From the NCBI GenBank assembly GCA_003971905.1, contig RSEE01000094.1, forward strand, positions 62,001-126,000: a DNA stretch of 64,000 bases. Reading direction: 5' to 3'. Each line of letters begins with the position of its first letter. Positions within the stretch are counted from its first letter, which is position 1. A program made the position numbers and the translations under genes. This document shows positions 40,114 through 52,199 of this stretch, piece after piece. Source of the DNA: Moniliella sp. 'wahieum' (lineage: Eukaryota). Below the pieces are notes generated by a model. That model did no database searches. It worked only from the letters and a program-made list of their open reading frames with translations, and had not been told where the DNA came from.

Positions 40114-41506
40114 ATGTCTACGCGCGTTGGATGGACGATCTCACAGCGGGCATGTGGTCTCGTGGTTAAATACGACTCGATTGCCATGTGTGCTTTGGCT
40201 AGACGACCTGCTGCCTTCCCCGTTCAGCGCAACTACAAGTTCACGAGATTCGTTCACTCCTCAGCCAGCGCATATCTTCCTCCTCTTCTCATGGATTCTC
40301 CACTTCCAACGCAGGTGAAACTCTGATGCCCTTAAGGGTGCTACGGAGTCGTTCCAGAATTTTCACCGGGCCAGGTGGTCCAGAGGGGAGGCCATGCGTA
40401 AGAAGGACAGCAATTTGCAGGCCTCTTCCGCTACTATGGGTGAAGGAATTGATACTCATCCTCAATCAAACAACCCATCCATAATCCGACTTCCCAATGG
40501 CGACTTCAAGACCGATGGTTTGGACGAACGCCTTCCACAACATCTACCTCCCTCCTTTCACAGCACAACAGGGGCGAAAAACTATCTACCCCAAGGAACG
40601 TGTCTTGCAACTTCAGAATATACCCTCTGAGTGGAGTAACTCGGACCTTGAGCAGCGGATTTTTTCATACCTTGAAGAAACACTACCCATCAATCCCCGC
40701 CACAATTGCTTTTCGTTGCGCCTTCGCCTACGGAGGGCGACGCCAACAAACGATATGCTCTTTTGGGCTTTAATTCGGTCAACGACGCCGACGCGGCGCG
40801 CCTACAGCTCTCTGATTTGGAGCTCGAGCTTGGCATCACGTTGCAGGTCCAACTCCATCATAGAGACTTCGCCCTTCCGCCCCAAGCCGCAGCTGGCCTC
40901 CATCCGCATTATGGGTCTTAAGTCCAGTATGTCGCTGCAGATGTTGCGGAATCTGTTCCGCCATGATACGATGCCCGTGCCACACCCCGTTCACTACTTT
41001 TGTATCAGCGTGCAAACTTGCCAACCGGGCAGATATCGGTAATGGCGGTGGCTGTGTACACTGCTGGGGCGGACCTAGAACAGCATGTTCCAGCGCTCCG
41101 CAGGCTATTGGCAAACCAGTTGGTGGATATTGAGCTGCACAGGCCTTTGTCAAGACCCGTCCAACGCCACCTGGCACGCGGATTGTGGTGACGGATTTCC
41201 CGGTGACACTACCTCCTACGACCTCTACCTTGCATTTTCGCATACGGCCCGATTGAGTACATGCGCATGATTGGAAGCCAACATGGCCAGCGATTTTGCT
41301 TCATTGACTTTGCTGACGAAGTGGACGCAATGACTGCCGCAACATACCACAACCGTTACATTGCAGGTAGCCGAATCTGGGTGCGCCGCGTCAGCGCGAC
41401 CTCGCGCATCAACGATGAAATGACCAACACCGCCAACGCACTTGGCATGGAATTTGTTCCCGAGGATGAGGAGCCCCTTGTGTCCCAGGAAGAACTCATA
41501 CTTTAA
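40114..41506 (+). CDS. RRM-containing RNA-binding protein, possibly mitochondrial; frameshifted; start uncertain
   Basis: RNP2-like VLQLQNIP, RNP1-like RYALLGF and RFCFIDF, and a C-terminal IAGSRIWV. The Arg/Ser-rich N-terminus resembles a presequence. Confidence 0.6.
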
Positions 41507-42242
41507 CAAATCTGTGAACAGCAGTAACTGTTGCAATCACCGGGTCTCGTGCCTCAGTGAAGTAACTTACCGTGGGTTTCACAATCATATACCGCACCCT
41601 ACTGTAGGCAAAAGTCCTGATGTCTAAACTGGGTACCGATTCGCACTTCAACCGCGGTCCATAGGCCATTGAAGTCTAGCGTTTCGTAACGTAGCCAACG
41701 AGACAGGAATAAGCCGCAATAAAACTGCGATTACTGGACGCGTGTTATAACAGAACGGGGGCCGGGAAGAGCGACACCTTGTTCACTGACGATACAAGAT
41801 GTCAGCCTACTATGGTGATCATGAGAGGAAGCTATATGCCTTGTGCACGAAGCTCATTTACACGAGGACCCTGACAGCACCCCCATGCGTGTATCTATAG
41901 ATTGAATTGTTCTACTGGGTTTACGGTGAGTCGTAATGCCATTATCATACCAACACCAGTCGGTGCCTCCTCGCAGAGCAGACCACGGGGGAACACGGCT
42001 GTAGAAAGAAGATGTGGGGAATAAGTATTGATCGGAGATGAGGCAGGATTGCCCTGGGGTAGTTGGATCAGGAGGCAATTCACCTTTATTTGCAGGAAAG
42101 AACAGGCTAGACATATGAGCACGCATGGTATGAGCCCGAGAGAGACCGGAGTGAGGCATGTGAAAAGTGAGACCAAGCGGAGGAGAGGGTGGGAACGGGG
42201 GGCAAAAAGAAAAAGTAACATTGGCTAGAGATGAGAAGAGGA

Positions 42243-43891
42243 TCAAATGACGCCGTCGCGCAAAAGCTGGTCAATCTCCTCCTCCTGTTCAATTTCTTCG
42301 CGCCTCCATCCACGAGCGCGCTCAACCGCCCGTTCCCAGCCGAGCACACCAGCGCGCGAACTTCGTTGGAAATAATGGGCTCGAAGTATGGCGGCCGGTG
42401 GTGTTGGAGGTTAAGGGTTTCCGGCTTGCTGAGATCCCAACCCCACAACCCCAAAGCCGAACCCGCCATGAGTGCCGATCCCAATGCGGTCGACTCGCGC
42501 ATCTGAGGACGCTCAATTGCGATCCCGAGAAGATCCGCTTGAATCTGCATCGCTTCGTCGCTGTTGGTCATGCCCCATCCACCACAAGCGATTTGAGGCG
42601 AATGCCACTGTCCAACGACATGGCTTCGAGGATCGCACGGGTTGGTAGCATGTCGCTTCGATCGTTAGCGCGGCAAAAATGACGCCGGTCCGTGTATTGT
42701 GTGATACCCTGGAAGAAAAACGGAAAGTCAAGGTTAATTGCTGTTGTGAACACGAGAAAAGATAGTTACGCACCACGATCGTTCCAGCAGCCGTGTCGTC
42801 CCAGTAGGGGCAGAAGAGACCTGAGAAGGCAGTAACAAAGTATACTCCTCCCGAATCCTCCACCTGGCAGCTAACGGCCCAATATCGGAAGTAGTTGAAT
42901 CAAACCGAGCTGGTCTCGCACCCACTTGATTGCCGAACCCGCCACAGCAACCGAACCTTCAAGTGTAGTAGACTGGGCATTGGGGCCGGCCTGGTAGGCA
43001 ATAGTCGACAGGAGACCATTATCACTCTCGACCACCTGCTCACCGGTGTGGTAAGCAAGAAGGCACCCGTTCCATACGTGTTTTAGCCTCGCGGGGAAGA
43101 AGCATTTGTTCCCCACCAATGCGGCTGTTGGTCACCCAGTGCCGGAACGGCAAGCAGCCATCGAAGGCGCCGCCCTTAAATAGCCATACACCTCGGACGA
43201 CGATCGAATTTCGGGCAAACAGTTATCTCGAGCCGAAGAACTCGCACAGATCCGGGTCCCAAGCCTGCTTATGCAGGTCCATCAGCATGGTGCGGCTGGC
43301 GTGGAGCAGTCGGTAACATGTACCCCGCCATTAGGACCAGATTTTCCTCCTGTAAAAGTTGTAAACGAGCCACGTGTCGACGGTGCCAAACATGAGATGA
43401 GCATCGTGCACCTCGCGCACTTCGGGGAGATGATCAAGCATCCAACGCAGCTTGACAGCGCTGAAATAAGTGCTGAGGGGGAGACCGGTGGCCTCTTTGA
43501 GTACATCGACCCCGCGATGGTCAAGCTTGCTCAGCTCGTGCACTGTGGCAGCCGTACGCACATCGGGCCAGGCAATCGCATTATACAGGGGCCGACCGGT
43601 GCGGCGGTCCCAAACCAGTGTGGTTTCGCGCTGGTTGGTGATCCCAACGGCGCGGACAGTGTATTGGATGCCGGTCTTGGCATTCTGGATGGCGAGCTGG
43701 GCGACGGCATTGGCGACAACCTTCTGGCTTTTGTCGACCAGTTCGTCCGGATCCTGTTCTTGCCATCCAGGGAAAGGGTAGAGTTGTGTGAACTCGACTT
43801 GGTCGGTGGCCAGAATGTTGGCGTGCTCATCAAAGATGATGCAGCGCACCGAGGTGGTGCCGGAGTCAATAGAAGCGACGCAGTCGGGCAT
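42243..43891 (-). CDS. GUT1: Glycerol kinase (FGGY family); intron about 42710-42770; frameshifted
   Basis: [89 protein letters not shown] and ESTALGSA. Confidence 0.94.
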
Positions 43892-44869
43892 GACAGCAGC
43901 AGGGGCAGATGTAGGCTGATACGGGCACAGGCGAGGGTGAGAGTGAAACTCAAGATGGCGGTGGTGGGAAAGAGAGGAAACGCAGAAGCAGTGGGCCGGA
44001 ACCCGGATTGGCCCTACCCGCGAGGGGGGGGGGCGCCGCTTCTGCCGCTTTGGCCTCTGCCCCTGCCTCCGCCTACGCCGCCTCTGCCTCCGCTTCCGCC
44101 TCCACCTCCGCCTCAGCGGGCCTCAGCCAGCAGTGCCACTGCGCCATCCAGATCGAGCACTGCTCCTATGCCTACCCCACAGGGCCTCTGACTTGGAAGG
44201 CGGAGTACCAGTGTACGGAGATACCCCATGCATCGAGTGTCTTGCACGGCCCACCGCACAGGGGCTGTATCGGGCCGCCCGCTGCCCAAGCCGGTACAGC
44301 ATCCATGCGTTCGTGCGGCCAGCGGGGGCGCGGTAGCACCCGGTCTGTGCCGAATTGAGATACTGAGGGGGCGGGCGAGCGGCGGTACAGGCCTGTGCAG
44401 CGCCAGTGCTGGCCCGTGCCGGAGGCTGAGCCGCTGAGCCGCGGACGGGTGAGTGTGGGCCAGTGCAGGGACAGCGGCGCTGTGCCCCGGGCGCGGGCGC
44501 AGCCGCTGTTCCTTGCCACGCGCCCCGCGCGGGCACTGGCTCCGGCCCCGCGCTGTTCCAGATGCACCGACACCTGGCCCGCAGCCCCCGCAGCCCCACA
44601 CGCCCACACGCCGCCTGGGGCTGGCGGCCCCCGCGCTCGGGCTACCCATCGGGTGCTGACACAAGCACCACGCTGGCTGTGCTCGTTCGGGGTGTGGGAA
44701 CCCTTCCCATCGACTCGCCCATACTGCCTCGGTGGGTTGTCCCACCTCTGCTTCCACTCCCCTAATAGCGAGCCTCGCAGCAGGTCCAGGAGCTCTGTCC
44801 GGTCGGATTCCAAATTCCATCCGAGAATAGCCGACTCGCTCTTATCAGACGGCCGCGCACCAACGTACC

Positions 44870-44906
44870 CTCATCGACCTCATCGACCTCATCGACCTCA
44901 TCGACT
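44870..44906. repeat. 9-bp tandem repeat (CTCATCGAC)x4
   Basis: Read directly. Confidence 0.85.
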
Positions 44907-45241
44907 CGTTGATGATCACGAAGATCGAGGGGACTGTATCCAGGAACCCACGCCTGCGTCGCCTGCTATATGACTTCTGCGTGGGTATATATGGGTACGG
45001 CCGTTCGCTCTTCTGTTCACGCGGGTCACGTGGACAGCCTAGACAGTCTCACTTCAAGAGCTTCAAGTTTCGTACTCAGTACTCACACCACACACTCCCT
45101 TTTTTGTTCGCTTTAATGCTTTGTTAGACACCATAATTTTTGCGTTACGGGACATTGGACGCCTCTAGTACACAGGCGTATCCATTCGACAGGATCATAG
45201 CTTATACTTACCGGCACTTTGCATTCATATATCACACAGTC

Positions 45242-45467
45242 TGTCGGGATCAGACCCACATCGTCACCCATAGTCACCACAGGTTGACTAGTCCCTATAC
45301 TGATGATTTGTTCTAGACCCTGTTTTCCCCCGTTGTCTATGCTCCCCTTGTTTCTTTCTCTATGCAATTCAGCTCGCATGTTCTCTTTTTCAAGGCGTGT
45401 ATACCTCGCCCCCTTTCCACTCGAGGAATATGAACCTCATCATTGCCCCTATCTCCATCTCCTGTTA
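45242..45467 (+). mobile_element. Solo-LTR-like element, copy A (most diverged)
   Basis: TGTCGGGATCAGAC...TTCTAGACCCTG...AGCTCGCATGTTCTC...TATACCTCGC...CTCCATCTCCTGTTA. Flanks CAGTC/CCGCC match at 3 of 5. Confidence 0.7.
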
Positions 45468-46403
45468 CCGCCAAGTCACAGCATGATGCCCTGGCTTTTC
45501 AGTTCCATTCATTGAAACTCAGGCTTGCATCACACCCGGTACTGAATGTCGGTCCGCCCTAACATGGCCACTTGAGCGCCTTAGTTGGGATTATAGTACC
45601 CAGCCCAACCCATGCCCGGAATTTTCTTTTGGTCACGTAGGCCACATGCTTGCCCAATTTATACCTGCATCTGTGAGCTCGGCGTACAACATGCAGGTCG
45701 TGTACAGGCATGACTCCAGTCGACCCTCTATAGGTCCTTCAGCGCATCCGGATCTATGTTTTTGGTGACCATCGCGCCGGCCACAACGGCGATTGATCCT
45801 TGCGCATGTCCCCCCTGGTTCTCAAGTGGTGAACATAGAGGCGCGAGAGCCCCTCAAGGGGCACCAAACGATCGTAAAAGCAGAAGATCCTTACAACGGG
45901 ACCACTCTCTGGGGTAAGATTTTCACCAACTATTAAGCTGGCACATCCCCGCAAACGCACAGGGTCCCTCTCCACATGGGTGGGCAGGCTCCAAGCCCCG
46001 ACTTGACCACCGCCGCATATGTAGTTTTAGGCTACACATTGACGGGGTACTATTCGAATTAGATATGGGGACTGGGATGCGCAACATAGATGCTTACCCG
46101 AAAGTGGACCTGCCGCGACTGCAGCAGGAGACATGAGAGTCACACTGATGTTTTTGACTTTTGGTTGTTAGGCGTGAGAGGCAATGATGAGGTATATATC
46201 ATCCCCATTAGTGCTGTTTCTGTGGGGGGTAGTGTGAATGGGTTAGACCATGGAGGATTACAAACAGGGACTAATAGTGGATGGGCTCTCCATGCACTTG
46301 CATCAGACCGTACCCCAAGTACGGGTTGGGCCCAGAGCATAGGAATTAGTTGCCAAATTGGGTAGCTCTCGTGCACGTGTGCGCCCTTAATAGGCAGGAC
46401 TTT

Positions 46404-46625
46404 TGTCGGGATCAGACTCACTTGATCACGTTCTTTGTCACCAAGTTGTCTGGCCCCCTTTTGATTTGTTCTAGACCCTGCTTTACCCTTCGGATTGTGC
46501 TCCCTCTTTCCCTCCATGTGGTTTAGCTCGCATGTTCTCTTCTTCTCCGAGGCATATATACCTCGCTTCCTTTTCCACTCGATGAATATGATCCTGGTCC
46601 TTCCCCCCGTCTCCATCTCCTGTTA
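46404..46625 (+). mobile_element. Solo-LTR-like element, copy B
   Basis: Same termini (TGTCGGGA...CCTGTTA) with an internal TATATA. Flanks ACTTT/ACTTC match at 4 of 5 (putative TSD). Confidence 0.78.
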
Positions 46626-47139
46626 ACTTCTCCGCCTTGGAACCTGATCCCAGCGTGGGCGGCTCAAATATGAACTTTTTTCATGCTAGCCCCACTCAGG
46701 TCCATCACCGCCACGGTTGGGGTCTTGGTGTGCGGCCAGCCAATGCGACTTAGAATGTATGGTTTGCTGTGATCCAGGCATATACCCCCCCTCATTCCTA
46801 TCCATCATCGGTCAGGACGAAGGCATATCGAGTCGACAGCATTTACCGCACCGAGAATAGAAGAATCGAGTATCAATCATATGGGCTCAAGGACCAGCGC
46901 AGAGCATGTATCAAATCATGAAGAATCTGAACAGCCTCGCTCCGTCGATCCGCATGCTCGCTCAACCCTCCCTTCTTCTGACCATCTTCCAACCTAGACA
47001 TGGTTCCTCTTTGCCCCGGTTCTGTTGGGAGCACGTTTAAACATGTAAACTGGACGCACCGCCGCCTTGGCTTCCCAAGCCAATCATCAACCCCTACCGC
47101 TCTGAATACTGGACCTGGGACATTTGCTTGTTTAGAAGG

Positions 47140-47410
47140 GCTCCGGGCACGAGGTGAGAGAGGAGGCGAGGCTCAAGGACAAAACGGACCCAAGACGAGA
47201 AACGAGGTGAGAAACCTCGTCAGAACCATGTATAGTGTTTTGGATTTTAGACAAGCGCGAGCGGAGAAGAGACGATTGTTGTAAGTATAGGATTTGTAGA
47301 TAGAACGAGAATCCCTGTTACGATAGCGAGATCGATCCGAAAGAAAAAAGAGAATTGAGTAGTGATAGGGAGAGAAGCCAGTAAGCGAGAGCGACGATAA
47401 GGGAGTGGAG
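47140..47410 (-). repeat. Dispersed repeat or decayed gene 5' end, copy 2 (partner about 18850-19045)
   Basis: See the partner feature. ATG at 47229 (minus) gives MVLTRFLTSFLVL. Confidence 0.6.
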
Positions 47411-48763
47411 GAGTCTGGGCAAATCGACTTATTCGTCGCCCCGTGAAAGAGTCGCACCGGCGAGTTTTTTGTCGTCGCCCTGTACGCCCTGTTATTATTC
47501 ATTCAGCGAGGGTCCAGACAGATTGAAGCAAGTGGCCCTATAAGAAAGATGGTTCGTCTGTGGAGAGAAATCTCAGCACGAAGAGGTTTTGTGGACTGGA
47601 CGAGTGCGATGATGTTCGCTTCACCGTCACCCCCAATGGCCATTTTTGGACTCAACACACCTGTCCCGTCACAGTACTGAGTGATGGAGACAATCAAACA
47701 TGGTTGCCAGTCATCGACCAGGCCGGCCTTCCTGCTCTCCTGATTTTCTTGCCCCTTCCCCCCCATCAATATAGGCTTATTTTGAGGGCAAAATCTGCCA
47801 ATGTGGGAATTAAAGACGTGAAAGACGGGAGCGAAAGCGAAAAGCCTATAATAGTGGTACACTCTGCCCACGAGAAAAGACGGGCAGCATGAGGTTCTGG
47901 TATGAAGCCGGCCTAAAGCTTGAAGGCTGCACTGGTACAAGGGTGGACTTGTTAGTGCAAGACGTCCTGGTCGCTTTGAATGGGGGAGGGGGGGGGGGGC
48001 GCTCTTCGTACACGACAGACGGGCGTATGAATATTGATTCAGTCAGCCTATCCGGCCTGAAGGACCTGATCGATGATCAGTGATCAGCGCTCAGCCCGCC
48101 CCAGCTCAGCGCCTGTCGGACACTCCGACACCGCAATGCAAGGTTTCAAACGGTAGGTGGTTGCTACGTTTGCATCGTCCTAACAAACAAATAGCCGCGG
48201 CAGGGTTATAGGAGCATCATGCATCATGCATCATGCATCATGCACCAGCACGTGCGTGTCCCAGACATGCCATGCCATACATGTCAAAATGCTACGACAG
48301 GCCCATGTCACATGTCGCAACGCCTGACAAAGAACTGTCAACAGTGAGTCTCACAGTAATGTTAATGAGACTCAATTACTCAGTACTCAGTGAGTACTCT
48401 CGTACTCCTCGCAACAAGTGAGCTCGAAAACACCTTCCACTCAATTCCTACCTGCGAGGTCCCTCCAAAACCTATGTGCGCTGTGGTCATAATCGACACC
48501 ATCCTCGGTCGGGGAAGAACTAACGCGGTCCTTTGTCTCTCGCGATTCAACTGAAAAACTAACATATTGTGTCTCTCTATTTAACTAAGCTTAAGCTTCG
48601 ACCCTTCAAGCTTCAAGCTTCATGCTTCAAGTTATAGCTTCATGCTTCAATAAGCCTCAACGTTGATTAAGATAAGATCGATACGAGATCGTAGCACTAA
48701 TCAATATCAGAGTTACTTTCTCGCTCATGATTTCGTCGACCATACAATGCCGAAACGTGGCCC

Positions 48764-49790
48764 TTACAGGGTGGCAGGTCAAAGACGAAGCGGTACTTGA
48801 CATCACTCTTCAGCAAACGTTCCCAGATGTGTTGACGTCCTTGTAGCTCACTTTCAACAGTGGCGTGATGTTGTGCTTGCCACAGAAGTCAAGCATCTCC
48901 TGAGTCTCCTTGATGCCGCCAATGAGCGAGCCGGCAAGCACTTTGCTCCCCATCACCAAACCAGCAGTGTTGAAGTTCGTCGGGCCCAAATGGCCAGCGA
49001 GAGCCATGGTACCGTGAGGCTTCAAAAGGGCCACATAGTCCGCAAGGTTGTGGTCCACCGCGATCGTGTCAATGATGATGTCGAACTTGCCAGCAGCTGC
49101 CTTCATCTCCTCTGGCTTGGAGATGATGAGCAAGTGGTCAGCACCGAACGACTTCGCTTCCTTTCCCTTGGATTCGGAACGAGACGAAACAGTGACCTCA
49201 GCGCCCATTGCATGAGCAATCTTGATGGCGATGTGGCCCGACCGCCCAACCAGCAACAAGAACCTTCTTACCGGGGCCAGCACCGTAACGGGCCAAGGGG
49301 GTAAGTGGTAATGCCAGCACAAAGCAACGGGGCGGCAACCGAAAGGTTCCAGGTTTTCAGGTACCTTGAGAACGAAGTCGCCCGAACAACGATGCTCTGC
49401 GAGTAGCCTCCAACGGTGTTAGAGCCATCGATGCGGTCCTTGCCGTTGTACGTCATGGTGGGGCCCTCATGGCAGAACTGCTCCTCATGCAAGTCGCATT
49501 CCTCGCAGTGCTTGCACGAGTCCACCATGCAGCCAACACCCACATAGTCACCCTTCTTGAATCGAGGGTCGCGCGAATCGGTCACCAGGCCGACAATTTC
49601 GTGACCAACCACAAGGGGATATTCAACTGGGCCCCAGTTACCCCGAGCAGTGTGGAAGTCGGACATGCAGAAGCCACAAGCATGATGTCAATCGCAACAT
49701 CGTTCTCGCGCAGGTCGCGACGCTGCGCGGTACCAGGCACCAAGGGGCCGGTAGCATCGTTGACCTGGTAACTTTAACAGTGGTAGGCAT
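48764..49790 (-). CDS. NADP-dependent Zn alcohol/aldehyde reductase, YahK/AdhC (CAD-like) type; no intron seen in the CDS; frameshifted
   Basis: CGFCMSDFH, YPLVVGHEIVG, VGVGCMVDSCKHCEEC...C, AAPLLCAGITTY, GSLIGGIKETQEMLDFC and KSDVKYRFVFD. Confidence 0.9.
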
Positions 49791-49795
49791 AGTGT

Positions 49796-50008
49796 CTGGA
49801 CCGCAGTGGCCAAATGGCTGTTGTTAGTTACTCAATCAATAGCAGATTTTTGACTCCTGTTGGCGACATTGAAGCACGAGAGAGTGCAAATGTAAGAACA
49901 GTGACGCACCGAATAGACAAGTAGCAATCCGTGTGGAAAGGAGGAAGATGGACGAGATGGATGGGATGAAATTCGCAAATTGTAGGCTTGAGGGGGGTTG
50001 TATTTATA
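49796..50008 (-). promoter_or_regulatory. TATA box (TATAAATA, 50001-50008) and putative 5'-UTR intron (about 49796-49909) of the YahK-type ADH
   Basis: On the minus strand: GTGCGT donor, ACTAAC branch site and a CAG acceptor 5 nt before the ATG. Confidence 0.55.
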
Positions 50009-51363
50009 GTCCCAACGAGGTTGGGGGGAGACGTGACGTTATGCTGGCCTGAGGCCCTGAGGGGGCTGAGGCTCAGGCGGCCTGAGGCCTGATGTCGCAC
50101 GTCACAACATGCAATGTCATGCACCGCAAGTTCACCACTTTCGAGCATCATACATCGTTCATCTACCATCATCGATCATCTTCCTGATTGGTTCGACTGG
50201 TACAGCTATGGCATGTGACATGTCACGAGAACTCTCGGCCACAGCGGCCACAGCGGGCCACAGCGGGCCACAGCGATAAAGAAACGCCGACACTTCCTAA
50301 GTTCCTGAGGCCTGAGGCTCAGGTCAGGCCCTCAGGCCCGAGGCCGCTTGATACATAGATGATATAGATCCCCAAGGCTTGTGAGGGGGCTACCGGTCCT
50401 AAGCCTAAAGCTGGTAAACAGATTATGGCCTTCAAGCTTCAACCCTCACAGGTCTTATGACCTCAGGCTCAGAGCCCCCTCTCGTCAGCGCGTCAGCGTG
50501 TCCACTGTCAGCAACCCAAGTGGGCTTGCGGCGCTAAAAGGATTTTATATCCGCATTTATACGCGGGATCGAGAGTACCCTGTTCTCCGCTGACGTTGAC
50601 CGTGTTGAACTTCAAAGTTGAACGTTGAACGTTCAAGTTGGCGCAGTCAAGTTGAAAGATGAACTAACTCATCGATCATCTGCCAAACGGCCACGACAGG
50701 CCACGACCCCCGCCTAAATAAGCTTACGGCCGGAGACTTCCTTGGGCGGAGCGAAAGAGGTGAAAACCATGGGATCGATTATCATTTTATCGATGACCTC
50801 GATGGCCACCGGTTTCAAGCGACCCGGCTACATCAGCGTGTTATGAGCGTCTTGTCACGTCGAAACGATAAGTTCGCCAACATAATGCAGCGCTGGCACA
50901 GTGTAGCGACGTCCTGGTCCACCCGGGGCTACTCCGGAGACCGCAATGATATGCTGAAGCGTATAGGACAGCAGCGTAGGCGATCGATTGCGGGCGAGAT
51001 ACGCGTTGGTGGTCGGAACACGAACGAGAGCTACAGTGGCTTACTGGCTACACGCACGCATTACCAGTGTTTCGGAGTCTGAGGAGCCTCGGGGCTAGTG
51101 AGACCTGGGTGAGACCGGATGGGCTCCACAACATCGGTACAACCAGCCTGTGGCAATAACAAAGGCCAATGACAGTGATGTTCCCGCCAGTGCAAGCTTC
51201 CTTTGGGCTCCTGTGTTCGCCCCTCGTCGCTCCTCCTTCTCTCCACACCGATACCGCTTCCGCTCGACAATTCGTTCACTTCTGGGCCCTCGCAATCAAC
51301 TCCCTGATATGGTGTTGTGGCCCCGTCAGTCACGCGGCGGGATCCATCTATTAATTGCGGGGG

Positions 51364-51575
51364 TAACAGGAGATGGAGATGGGGGAAGGACAAGCTCATT
51401 TCATCGATGGAAAGGAAGCGAGGTATATATGCCTCGGGGAGAAGAGAACATGCGAGCTAAATCACATGGAGGGAAGAGGGAGCACAATCCAAAGGGGAAA
51501 GCAGGGTCTACTATAGACAATCAAGGGGCCACAACTTGGTGATAGAGACGTGATCAAGTGAGTCTGATCCCGACA
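51364..51575 (-). mobile_element. Solo-LTR-like element, copy C (inverted relative to A and B)
   Basis: Reverse complement of copy B (TAACAGGAGATGGAG...CTGATCCCGACA). Flanked by GGGGG on both sides (51359-63 and 51576-80). Confidence 0.8.
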
Positions 51576-52199
51576 GGGGGGTTGTCGCGGCGCACAACAA
51601 AACCGGCTCCCACGGTAGAGGGTAATCGGACTGTTCCGACATCCCTCAGATATCAGTGATACAAACCGCCGAACGACGAGGCAGCAATACACAACCAAAT
51701 CTTCCCAAAACGAATACCACCACACTAATACGCTTAAAAACCGCTTCATGTTGCATCACGGATGACGTTTAATGGGCCCTTCAGAAAGCTACAATTCTCG
51801 TCCTTTGTAAACCAACTCGGAGACGATTAACGATTAGAAGGTCAGAGGCATATCTTTGTTTTTGTTGTGTTTGGGCCTGGGACCCTGAAGATGAAAGCAA
51901 TAAGGGCATCACTGTGATGGTGTTGAGAACGGCTGACAGTCCCGCGAATAAACCAAGCCTTCTGCCAACTGCAGCGACTCAGAAGGAGAGCTGTGGATCC
52001 ATATGATTCCGAATCTGTCAAGAATGGCGACCTGTTTCGCGACAGATAATCGGAAGCTAACATGTGGCGCCCAGTTACGGTTATATTACACAACACAGTT
52101 GGAGGTGCTTTGGGAGGATAGTGGTGCACCAGGCATCATGTAACACGTGGAAGGAAACAGTTCATCAGTCCAGAAACCCATCCAGAAACTAGTATACAG

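Noticed and set aside
43271..44191. 306-aa plus-strand ORF
   Set aside because: Antisense shadow of glycerol kinase. Similar shadows lie opposite GH1, TRP5, AsnRS and the ADHs.
44113..44973. Several 160-235 aa ORFs upstream of GUT1
   Set aside because: Very GC-rich, open on both strands and without motifs; most likely promoter DNA.
47503..47940. Opposing 110-aa and 145-aa ORFs
   Set aside because: No recognisable motif or splice evidence on either strand.
46404..51575. Inverted copies B and C as terminal inverted repeats of a composite transposon carrying the ADH
   Set aside because: Each copy has its own matching flanks (ACTTT/ACTTC and GGGGG/GGGGG), the outer flanks do not match each other, and a third copy exists. 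Independent insertions fit better.
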